From Myxococcota bacterium (GTDB lineage: Bacteria; Myxococcota_A; Bradymonadia; UBA7976; UBA1532), in assembly GCA_036337435.1 (NCBI GenBank), contig JAYZEG010000043.1, positions 1-16,244 of the forward strand: 16,244 nucleotides of DNA, written 5' to 3'. Of this stretch, positions 8,113 through 16,244 are shown piece by piece; position 1 is the stretch's first letter, and each line of letters starts with the position of its first letter. The notes below the pieces were generated by a model. That model saw only the letters and a list, made by a program, of their open reading frames with translations. It did not search any database and was not told where the DNA came from. A program made the position numbers and the translations under genes.

Positions 8113-8198
8113 GTCCTCAGGCGCATTTTTCCACAAACTAATGAATATTTCGTTCCTCGGCCCTTGACGTGCCCCCCCGTGTTACCGAGAGTGCTGTC

Positions 8199-9155
8199 AT
8201 GACAAGACGACGAAAATCCAGCAAGCGCAGGGGGCCCAAACAGTATGCCGGCGAACGGATGGACGGCCGTGTGATCGGTCGAGTGGGGCCCGTTTTCCTC
8301 GTCGAAACAGCGTTGGCTCAAACCACCTGCATTGCGCGTGGAGCTGGCAAGACCGCCGTTGTCGGAGACCGAGTTGAATACATCGCCGACGTGGACGCCG
8401 AACTGGCCAACGGTTTAATCGTCGGCATACACGATCGAAAAAGCACTTTGGCGAGGCGAGATGCCCTTGGTCGAAGAAAACAAGTGCTGGCAGCCAATTT
8501 GGACCGCATATTCATCGTGAGTGCCATTGAGCCAGAGCTCCGAGAAGGCCTCATTGACCGGTATCTGGTCGCGGCAGCCACTCAAGACATAGACGCCCAC
8601 ATTGTTGTGAACAAAACCGACCTCCTGGACGCCGCCCAGATGGATATCGTGACCGATCGCTTAACGCACTATGAAACACTCGGATACTCCGTCCACTATG
8701 TGTCAGCCAAGTCCAATTCTGGTTTGGCAGCACTGGAGGCCGCCCTAGCCGACCGAGTCAGTATCCTTGTTGGCCATTCGGGAGTTGGCAAAACAAGCTT
8801 GATCAACTCCATTTGTCCAGGGGTGAGCGAGCGAGTTCAAGCGATTAGTGACGCAACGGGCCGTGGCCAACACACCACCACAACCTCGGCACTGTACAAG
8901 TTACCAAAGGGAGGCGAGGTCGTGGATAGCCCTGGAGTTCGAAGCTTTGGATTGTGGGGCATCAAAGCAGACGAAGTGAAGAATTACTTCCCCGAATTTG
9001 TCCTTAAAAGCGATGAATGCAAATTTTCTGACTGTCAACACGTCCACGAACCCAAATGCGCCATCAGAGATGCACTGGAAAACCAGAGCATCGATGCTCG
9101 GCGCTACCAGTCCTACTTGAACATCAGACAATCCTTGCTCGACGAAGGTCTCTAG
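8199..9155 (+). CDS. rsgA: Ribosome small subunit-dependent GTPase A (circularly permuted GTPase)
   Basis: OB-fold N-terminus (VVGDRV), AANLD, NKTDL (G4) before GHSGVGKTSLIN (G1), GRGQHTTT, DSPG, and zinc finger CKFSDCQHVHEPKC. Start at ATG 8199 is likely but not certain. Confidence 0.96.
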   Translation: MTRRRKSSKRRGPKQYAGERMDGRVIGRVGPVFLVETALAQTTCIARGAGKTAVVGDRVEYIADVDAELANGLIVGIHDRKSTLARRDALGRRKQVLAANLDRIFIVSAIEPELREGLIDRYLVAAATQDIDAHIVVNKTDLLDAAQMDIVTDRLTHYETLGYSVHYVSAKSNSGLAALEAALADRVSILVGHSGVGKTSLINSICPGVSERVQAISDATGRGQHTTTTSALYKLPKGGEVVDSPGVRSFGLWGIKADEVKNYFPEFVLKSDECKFSDCQHVHEPKCAIRDALENQSIDARRYQSYLNIRQSLLDEGL

Positions 9156-9164
9156 ACGCCAATC

Positions 9165-9914
9165 ATGCAAACACCGAGTGACGATGAATCCCTAGACATC
9201 CTGAGCAATCGCCTGAAGATTCTGCAGCGGAAAAAAGGCCACCGTGCCACTTCGGACGACGTGCTTTTGGCTTGGGCTGCACTGGAGTTCGGTGGGTCAT
9301 CCAAGCGCATGCTGGATCTTGGAACCGGAAAAGCAACAGTCGCCATGTTAACGCTGAGTTGTCGGTCCCAACTCAGTGCTGTTGGTGTCGAAGTCTTCCC
9401 GCAGAGTGTCGACCTGGCACGGCGAAATACACGCTTGAATGGACTCGATGCCCGTCTATCTATTATCGAAGCGGATTTACGTCATCACCATCGATTTGCA
9501 AAGCTCGGCCCGTTCGACCTGGTCACTGGAGCACCTCCGTTTATGCCCATTGGGACGGGCCTGCTGCCCCATGATGAACAACGGGCATCAGGTCGATTCG
9601 AACTGAAGGGTGGTGTCGAAGATTATTATATTGCCGCTGCAAAAAACATCACACCACGCGGGTCAATTATCGTCCTCATGGATGGAGCGGGAGGGGCACG
9701 TAATGAGGCGGCGGCAGAAGCAAGCGGCTTGTGGGTGCACAATCGGCTTGACGTGGCACCACGGCCGACACGACCGGCGACCTATTCGATCACGGTGGCA
9801 CGCGCCTACCCAGGCGTTCGCAACCACACGCAACATACCATGCGGGACAACTCCGGTTCAGCATGGTCGACCTGGTACCAGACGGTCAGGCGGGACTTGG
9901 ATTTACCGATATGA
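9165..9914 (+). CDS. tRNA1(Val) A37 N6-methyltransferase (TrmN6/YfiC)-like methyltransferase
   Basis: LKILQRKKGHR-x-x-x-DDVLLA, LDLGTGKA, GVEV...ARRN...N, FDLVTGAPPF and A-x-x-RFE, as in the TrmN6/YfiC family. Substrate not established. Confidence 0.8.
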   Translation: MQTPSDDESLDILSNRLKILQRKKGHRATSDDVLLAWAALEFGGSSKRMLDLGTGKATVAMLTLSCRSQLSAVGVEVFPQSVDLARRNTRLNGLDARLSIIEADLRHHHRFAKLGPFDLVTGAPPFMPIGTGLLPHDEQRASGRFELKGGVEDYYIAAAKNITPRGSIIVLMDGAGGARNEAAAEASGLWVHNRLDVAPRPTRPATYSITVARAYPGVRNHTQHTMRDNSGSAWSTWYQTVRRDLDLPI

Positions 9915-12760
9915 GATTGACACATTTTGGCGCGATGCTTTTGAAAATCACTCTCTGGGCCGTCATCGCACTGACCGTGCCCTGCCACGCCCAAAGTCAA
10001 CAACCGCATTATTTTGTCGGCCAAACGCTTGTCGAGATGTCTATCTCACCTCAATGGTGGCTCGTTGAAGCGGATTCACTCGACCCAGAACAACTTCGAA
10101 AGAATATACGATGGGGTGCGCTGGAACAAACCGAACCACTCATCCCACTTCGCTACGCTGTTAAATTTGCCAGTACCATGAACCGCAGCGACCAAATTGA
10201 AACGCTGAGCAGCCTTAAGAAGAGGGGGTTGATTCGCCGGAGTTGGCCCGCATTCGAACGGTTTGGTGGTGTTGGATTTTTCGATGACCAGTTTGTTTTC
10301 CGAGTTTCTGGCAAGCCCGACTGGGCACTCCTAAAGAATCTTGGCTTAACGGACCCGCGCCCAACGCCTATATCGGGAATCTGGACAGGTAAAAGTGCCG
10401 CTGGTGACGCCGTTTCTACGGCCAACCGCATCAGAAACAGGGGTGGTCTCGGCTGGGCTGAACCAGACCTGATCCGCCACGTCGGATTCAACATGACACC
10501 CAATGACCGAAATTTCGGAGACCAATGGCATCTGGAGGCGGATGATGACATCGGCGATATTGACGTCACCGCTGCATGGGATGTGACCTTCGGGCATCCC
10601 GACATCGTAATCGCTGTTTTCGACAACGGGTTTGACCTCGAACATCCGGATCTCGAGCCGAACATCATCGGCGGCTTCGATGCAGTCGATGGGGGCGATA
10701 ATCCCAGTGCGCCGTGCATCGAAACCCCAGATGGTGCTGGCCCGTCAGGCTCCTGTCCTCGCAACCGACCCTACCGCGCAAGCCATGGCACTGCAGTAGC
10801 GGGCGTTGCAGCGGCCCGCGGTAACAACCGGACGCTTGGTGCCGGGGTCTGCCCTATGTGCGGTTTGTATCCCGTGCGGCTGCTGTCAGGCGGCGCGGTC
10901 AGGGCAGTCACCACAGCGACCGCCTTAAACCAAGCAGAGCGAGCAGGGGCAGCAGTCATAAACAACAGTTGGGGTCCCTCACTCACCCGTTTTTTTCCAC
11001 TCGCCCAAGCGGAAAAGGAGGTGCTGAATCGAATCACGAAGGAGGGGCGCGACGGGAAAGGTGTCGTGGTGATTTTTGCAGCCGGTAATGATTATTTTAC
11101 ACCCGCCACAGTGAATCCCTACGCCTCACACCCGGACGTCATCGCAGTCGCTGCGAGTACCCGAATCGATGATTTTGCCTGTTATAGCAATTATGGACCT
11201 GTGATCAGCGTTGCCGCACCAAGCAAGGGGTGCAACCGGCGAGAACCCGGATTGCAGACAACTGATGTCCGCGGTTTCGAAGGCTATAATTCGACGGATT
11301 TCACGACGGATTTCGGCGGAACCAGTGCCGCCGCACCCGTTGTCGCAGGCCTGGCTGGTCTCATTCTCTCGGCCAACCCCGACCTCACCGCCCAACAAGT
11401 CCGGATCGTTCTGGAGCAAACGGCAGCGAAAATCAACGCCGATAAGAACGATTGGCAAGAGGTCATCGGTGCCGACCTTGCCGAATTATTTGCCTACGAC
11501 AAGTACGGCTTCAGCCGCGGGTTCGGGTATGGTCGCGTCAATGCCGACAGCGCCGTCAACGCGGCTGTCAATGACCCACCAGACATCGGTGCCAGCTGCT
11601 CCAAAGGGTGTGGAGCCTGCATAGACGACCGATGCGCTCCAGCCTGCTCAACGGATCGTGACTGTCCCACTTCGAGCCAATGTCAGCCGACGGAAAGTGG
11701 TGGCAGGGCTTGCATCCTCACACGTCCCAGTCAACGCCGGCCAGGCCAGCGATGCAATGATGACTGTGAAATCTGTGTAGAGGCCCCGGATTCGGATCTT
11801 CGGCTGGTGTCTATCTGCACGGAAGCCTGTACTTCTGACAACGATTGCGAGTTCGGTTTCGATTGCAGACCGCTCGGACCCGATCAGCCAAAAGTCTGCG
11901 TCCCAGGAAACCAGGAATGCGGGAGCCCATGGGGCAGTACTCGCTGCCAATCCAGCGTCATTGTCGAAGGAAACGGAGAGTTATTTTGTTCATGTGAGTG
12001 CATTCCCAATCAACCTGGTGCATGTCCAGACGGCTTTAAGTGCTCAAATGTGTTGTGCCAACGCCAGCGAGGCGTGCTCAGTTGTGTTGCCGTTGAACAA
12101 GTGCTCGAGGCAAACTATCCGCCTCAATGTGTTCCAGACCCGGACGTCAAGCGACCATGCCAGGACCATCAAGATTGTTCTTCAGGCCTGTTTTGCATCG
12201 ACAACGTCTGCAGCCCTGATCGGGAAGACGGTGGCTGTGACACCTGCACGATGTGCCAGACCGACGCTGATTGCGCCGCCGGTTCAAACTGTATCGATAC
12301 ACCGAGAGGGCTCCGCTGCATGCAACCGTGTTCATCGAGAGATGAGGTGCCATGCCGAGGAACAATGGCCTGCACGAACATCCCCGGGCCACCTGGATTT
12401 CATTGTGTGAATCCTGATTTTGACAGAAAGGGCATCTGCCCAAGAGCCTGGCGGTGCGAGCTTGAGGGTCGATGCTTCAGCGACAACGATTGCAGCGATG
12501 AAACACCTTGCGTAGACCGACAATGCCTCAACGACGCTGTCGATTCCGAGATTCTGTCAGACCAAGGCAGCTTCGACGGAGATGCAGGGGCCGACGCACA
12601 TGCAGGACAGGAGACAAGCGTCGTCATCATCGAAAGCACGGAGAGACGCGCCGGCGGACGCGGATGTGCCCTGTCCTCGGACGGCGGTTCGTCCTCGCTG
12701 TGGTTCCTGCTGCTCCCCGTCGGCGTTCTCACCGCCCGGCGCAGCAGGCTCAACGTCTAG
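9911..12760 (+). CDS. Secreted/surface-anchored subtilisin-like S8 serine peptidase with Cys-rich repeat region and MYXO-CTERM-like C-terminal anchor
   Basis: ATG 9911 overlaps the upstream TGA (ATGA). Signal peptide ends ...PCHA. Triad IAVFDNG / HGTAVAG / GGTSAAAP, oxyanion FAAGN, and GYGRVNA. Followed by Cys-rich repeats and a GGRGC...LWFLLLPVGVLTARRSR tail. Confidence 0.92.
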   Translation: MRLTHFGAMLLKITLWAVIALTVPCHAQSQQPHYFVGQTLVEMSISPQWWLVEADSLDPEQLRKNIRWGALEQTEPLIPLRYAVKFASTMNRSDQIETLSSLKKRGLIRRSWPAFERFGGVGFFDDQFVFRVSGKPDWALLKNLGLTDPRPTPISGIWTGKSAAGDAVSTANRIRNRGGLGWAEPDLIRHVGFNMTPNDRNFGDQWHLEADDDIGDIDVTAAWDVTFGHPDIVIAVFDNGFDLEHPDLEPNIIGGFDAVDGGDNPSAPCIETPDGAGPSGSCPRNRPYRASHGTAVAGVAAARGNNRTLGAGVCPMCGLYPVRLLSGGAVRAVTTATALNQAERAGAAVINNSWGPSLTRFFPLAQAEKEVLNRITKEGRDGKGVVVIFAAGNDYFTPATVNPYASHPDVIAVAASTRIDDFACYSNYGPVISVAAPSKGCNRREPGLQTTDVRGFEGYNSTDFTTDFGGTSAAAPVVAGLAGLILSANPDLTAQQVRIVLEQTAAKINADKNDWQEVIGADLAELFAYDKYGFSRGFGYGRVNADSAVNAAVNDPPDIGASCSKGCGACIDDRCAPACSTDRDCPTSSQCQPTESGGRACILTRPSQRRPGQRCNDDCEICVEAPDSDLRLVSICTEACTSDNDCEFGFDCRPLGPDQPKVCVPGNQECGSPWGSTRCQSSVIVEGNGELFCSCECIPNQPGACPDGFKCSNVLCQRQRGVLSCVAVEQVLEANYPPQCVPDPDVKRPCQDHQDCSSGLFCIDNVCSPDREDGGCDTCTMCQTDADCAAGSNCIDTPRGLRCMQPCSSRDEVPCRGTMACTNIPGPPGFHCVNPDFDRKGICPRAWRCELEGRCFSDNDCSDETPCVDRQCLNDAVDSEILSDQGSFDGDAGADAHAGQETSVVIIESTERRAGGRGCALSSDGGSSSLWFLLLPVGVLTARRSRLNV
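11597..12526 (+). repeat. Cys-rich protein-level repeats (CxxDxDC-type modules) in the S8 peptidase
   Basis: CSTDRDC, CTSDNDC, CQDHQDC, CQTDADC and CFSDNDC, each followed by C-x-x-G/x-x-C spacing. Not an exact DNA repeat. Confidence 0.8.
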
Positions 12761-15700
12761 TGCTGGGCGATGACGCGCGCCGGAGCTTTGATTAGAATGG
12801 CATCCGCAACAGCCTTGGTCAGGGTACTGGCCAGATGTCGATTTTCTTCGTACTCGGACGGTGGGATGCGTTCGCAGCGATAGCGGACGGTCTGAGAGAT
12901 CAAAATACGGTCCTTCTTGTCAGTCACCGTACGCTCAAAGGCCAAGCATCTCGTTTCGAGTTTGAGGCTGGCTGGCAACCGTTCGACTTGGGCGCCAGAT
13001 GGGAGCTTCAGCTCAACAGAGTGCTTCAACGTTCGCGGAATTCCGAGCACCACTGGATACTGTCTATCCTGAAGCACAAAGCCGTTGGATGGTTTCCAAC
13101 TGATGGGCACCCGCCAACGAAGATGGAGTCCATCGCGCGTAGCCGCTTTCTCTCCGGTAAAGCCCCACTCGAGAACCGCTGGCTTGAACACGTCGACAAC
13201 GTCCTTCAGGTCATGTTTTCCAATTCGCGCACTCGGCAGCGCATCCTGCACCGTCAATCGAGTCAACAGACGTTTGAGAACGTCCGGATTCCGGGCCGCC
13301 TTGCGAAGGTATTCTGCACCCCGTCCATGGGCTGTTAAATTGATACGGCCTTCCACATCACCACTCGGTGACAATTTGGCCGTCATGGTCGTATGCTCGA
13401 CATCGACATTAGGATCCTGAAATGGGATTTGCCGCCACGTGTGCTCTTTGGTGACTGGATTGTAGACAACTGACCACGTTCCCTGGTCGTCATGCCGTAA
13501 GGAGTTCACGTCCAGGGCGTCAACAGTCGGATCATAGAATCGTGCGGTCTCGAGACCTTTTTGCTTCGGCACGTAGACGATGGCGTGGTTGAATTGCTGC
13601 ATAGGCACACTCTTGACAACCGCACCGGCATCACGGGTTCTGACCAATGCAAAATGGACTTCAATTCCAAGTAAACGTGCCAAAGTAATGAACAAAACGG
13701 CTTTGTCTTTGCAATCACCATATTGTCGGGCGATCACCATTGGAGCCGGATGTGGTTTTACGCCTGCTATAAAACCCTCGTAGTCCTGCTGGTAGCGGAT
13801 TTTGCCCATCACATAAGCGTGTATGCGCTTGACCAATTCGTCCTTACTTGCGTCATCATCTCGAAGCGAATTCGCAACGGCCTGAACCTCGGGACTGTCG
13901 CGAAATGCGTCGACTAAAAGGGCCTCCTCCCATTTGAAAAACATATCCCATGACGGCACCGTGCTGACTGTCAAGTGAAGGCCTACATCTCTCAGTGGAG
14001 GCATCCTAGGCTCCCGTAGAACAGGCGGCTGATCGATCGACACCCATTGGTGTCGCCGATAATCACCCACCAAATTGACGGTGTGCGACACGCCCTCACC
14101 CGAGACACGTTGGTTTAACTTTGATTCAGGCGGCATCCACAAGACCCAGCGGCTACGAGCGACTTGGGCACCTGGTGACTGAAACCACCATGCTTTTCCC
14201 ATGTAGCCGGCCAAATATCCATCGGCCCTTTCGTCCACGCGATACTGCAACACCACGACCGAGCCAATGCTCAACTGCCGAAACCGAACTGTATTGCGAC
14301 GAATCGAGGAAGCTTCCTGTCGCTTGCCGGTTGGATCAAGCGCGAAGGCCATAAAGATTTTATGCCGCCCACTTCTCAAGCGCAGCTTCGTCAGCCGGTC
14401 TCGACCGGACTGATTAAGCCCAATTGCGACTGTTGTCACAACATTCGAGCTGCTGCCATCGGCATTGAGAAGACTGACCTCATCATCCATCAAATACAGG
14501 ACATCAGCACCAGGTTGAAGCGCCTGATCTTTCGCCGTGGCAACCGCTTTGCGAATTGCGTCAAGACTGGGTACATCATCCATCCAGGGTCCAACGGTTT
14601 CGGGAGATAACCAATCGACTCGACTCATCAAAGTTTGGTCGTCCGGATTCCTGGCCAATGCTTCCTTCCAGGCACCCACGGCGGTGTCTGTCTCATTGGA
14701 TTGCAATGCGACGCTTCCCAGCTTGACGTAGGGGTCAGGATGCCTCGGTGTAATTTGAGCCGCTTGTACTAAAGCCGCCCTCGCTTCACTGGTGTCTCTT
14801 GTCCGCCTGTGAGCCTCAGCGAGCCGCATCCAGCCTGCGCGTTCATTGGGGAATGCCTCGATAAAGCGCTCCGCATAGGCAATGGCTGTTGCGTGTTTTT
14901 CATTACCGAGCGCATGCCAGTAGAGCGACGCTAATGTGGACGGTGAATTTGGAATCAGTTTCAGAACACGCTCGTAAATCGCTTGCGCTTCCGAGTAGAA
15001 GCGTTGGTCTTCCAAGCAATCTGCCACTTTCTGCATAACCGACGGCCAATCAGCAATGTCACTCATGATGGTCTTTAAGATCGAGCAACGTTCAGCATGC
15101 CAGCGTTCGCGCTTGTATGCGTCGGCTAAGGTCAATCGCGCTTTGACGACTGTTGGGTGCGCTTTCACCATGGTTCTGAGTAGTTTGCGTGCTTTGTCGT
15201 GCATCTTTTGCTGCTGCCAAAAACGAGCTTGCCAGAGTCCAAGTTGAAGCCATTTGTCACCGACAGCTGAATTGAGAGAGTCGAGCATGTCAGCTGTGCG
15301 ACCCCGCTCAGAATTACCCCACAGGGCGACCGCCAACTCAGTTCGCCCGATGAGACTCTTGGGGTTACTCGTCATCAATTGCTCCGCTGATTCAACGGCA
15401 GCTGCATTCATTTTTAGCCGGCGAAGTGCCATGATTTTGTGCACTCGGCGCCGGATCGGCGGCTCGATATTGGCCAGCTGCTTGTCGAGCAACTCATCTA
15501 TCGTCGCGAGTCGATTCGTTGCCTTGACCGCCCTCTGGATGGGTGTGTCATTTGCCAGCTGGGACAGCTGTCCAGGCTCGGGGAGCAAGCCTCCCGGTTT
15601 GGTTATCCTGGCAACCAACTGCCACTGACCCGTCCCTTGCACAGACTTGATTAGGATTCGATTTGCCCCTTTCCGCAGCGTTACGGGGATCACCAAACCG

Positions 15701-16244
15701 TCGAACTCAAAACCCGCGATTTTCCGGTTGTTAAAAACGAGTTCATCATTCAGCCAAACCTTGATGCCATCAGCCGTGCCGATGCGCAATTCATAGGCAC
15801 CTCCCACCGACGACTCAACTGCGGTCACCCCGTAAGCGACACGCCACTTGCTCGGATAGTAGAGTTCCGCGAGGTCCACTTTTCCGGACGGCTGGATTGG
15901 AATTTCGGTCCGCCACCCGATGGGTCCACGCCTGTCCTTGTACACACGTTTAAAGTCGATTTCTCGCTCAGGACCGTAGACCGCATCAGCCCCTTTACCT
16001 TGGTCATTTTCGAAAGGGCCGATAAACGAGAATTTTGGCATGAACCGGACGTATTTTTGACCCACAGCAAACAGGTCGGGCCGGCCCATCAGCCGAGCGT
16101 GGTACATCAATAGCCATGCCGCGGTTGTGCGCACTCCGGCATCGGGGTGCTCGCTCATCAGCCCTCGCCACACCATCACTACCCGTCGACGATCGTCAAT
16201 GGTCCAAGAAAAGCTCAACGACCGCATCAAAAGGTATTTTGTTA
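12757..16244 (-). CDS. Large TPR + DUF3857 + transglutaminase-like (Cys-His-Asp) protein, 5'-truncated by window edge
   Basis: Frame is open to the window end. PA14-like beta domain (IGPFEND...GTADGIKVWLND...GANRILIK), TPR-like helical repeats, DUF3857-like region (F-x-x-L-x-x-GSVV-x-x-x-Y), triad GDCKDKA / FNHAI / YDPT, and a DUF3858-like C-terminus. Confidence 0.88.
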   Translation of the reverse strand, partial: TKYLLMRSLSFSWTIDDRRRVVMVWRGLMSEHPDAGVRTTAAWLLMYHARLMGRPDLFAVGQKYVRFMPKFSFIGPFENDQGKGADAVYGPEREIDFKRVYKDRRGPIGWRTEIPIQPSGKVDLAELYYPSKWRVAYGVTAVESSVGGAYELRIGTADGIKVWLNDELVFNNRKIAGFEFDGLVIPVTLRKGANRILIKSVQGTGQWQLVARITKPGGLLPEPGQLSQLANDTPIQRAVKATNRLATIDELLDKQLANIEPPIRRRVHKIMALRRLKMNAAAVESAEQLMTSNPKSLIGRTELAVALWGNSERGRTADMLDSLNSAVGDKWLQLGLWQARFWQQQKMHDKARKLLRTMVKAHPTVVKARLTLADAYKRERWHAERCSILKTIMSDIADWPSVMQKVADCLEDQRFYSEAQAIYERVLKLIPNSPSTLASLYWHALGNEKHATAIAYAERFIEAFPNERAGWMRLAEAHRRTRDTSEARAALVQAAQITPRHPDPYVKLGSVALQSNETDTAVGAWKEALARNPDDQTLMSRVDWLSPETVGPWMDDVPSLDAIRKAVATAKDQALQPGADVLYLMDDEVSLLNADGSSSNVVTTVAIGLNQSGRDRLTKLRLRSGRHKIFMAFALDPTGKRQEASSIRRNTVRFRQLSIGSVVVLQYRVDERADGYLAGYMGKAWWFQSPGAQVARSRWVLWMPPESKLNQRVSGEGVSHTVNLVGDYRRHQWVSIDQPPVLREPRMPPLRDVGLHLTVSTVPSWDMFFKWEEALLVDAFRDSPEVQAVANSLRDDDASKDELVKRIHAYVMGKIRYQQDYEGFIAGVKPHPAPMVIARQYGDCKDKAVLFITLARLLGIEVHFALVRTRDAGAVVKSVPMQQFNHAIVYVPKQKGLETARFYDPTVDALDVNSLRHDDQGTWSVVYNPVTKEHTWRQIPFQDPNVDVEHTTMTAKLSPSGDVEGRINLTAHGRGAEYLRKAARNPDVLKRLLTRLTVQDALPSARIGKHDLKDVVDVFKPAVLEWGFTGEKAATRDGLHLRWRVPISWKPSNGFVLQDRQYPVVLGIPRTLKHSVELKLPSGAQVERLPASLKLETRCLAFERTVTDKKDRILISQTVRYRCERIPPSEYEENRHLASTLTKAVADAILIKAPARVIAQH

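Noticed and set aside
7975..8136. 54-aa N-terminal extension of EF-G in the ORF track
   Set aside because: EF-G homology starts at [15 protein letters not shown] 7974 has a good SD, and the extension spans the predicted promoter and leader.
11597..12526. Cys-rich region as a possible multiheme cytochrome or Fe-S protein
   Set aside because: No CxxCH or ferredoxin CxxCxxC...CP motifs. The spacing fits extracellular disulfide repeats.
1..16244. CRISPR array, tRNA/rRNA, IS/integrase, prophage or defence system
   Set aside because: No regularly spaced direct repeats, cloverleaf signatures, or transposase/recombinase/nuclease motifs seen by eye. Gene content is core or envelope-related.

Overview
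Bacterial chromosomal window, probably from a Myxococcota/Bradymonadia-type 'deltaproteobacterium'. That assignment is inferred from an spdEFG1-type EF-G, a MYXO-CTERM-like sorting tail and Cys-rich surface repeats. Gene order: partial sensor histidine kinase (+), HEAT-like helical protein (+), MutT-like Nudix protein (-), orphan FliN with a FliM/FliY-like N-terminal motif (-), RsmJ/SAM_MT-like methyltransferase (+), a large lipoprotein with a degenerate alkaline-phosphatase/NPP domain (+), stand-alone fusA (-), then a divergent rsgA - TrmN6-like methyltransferase - S8 protease cluster (+), and a convergent partial TPR/DUF3857/transglutaminase-like protein (-). I saw no mobile elements, CRISPR arrays, rRNA or tRNA, and no clear-cut new multi-gene system. 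The best leads are a structured fusA 5' leader behind a stringent-type promoter, a probably leaderless FliN with a CheY-binding-like motif, three enzymes with altered catalytic motifs, and a shared C-terminal motif in the kinase and HEAT-like proteins. All family assignments come from motif recognition by eye, not database searches.
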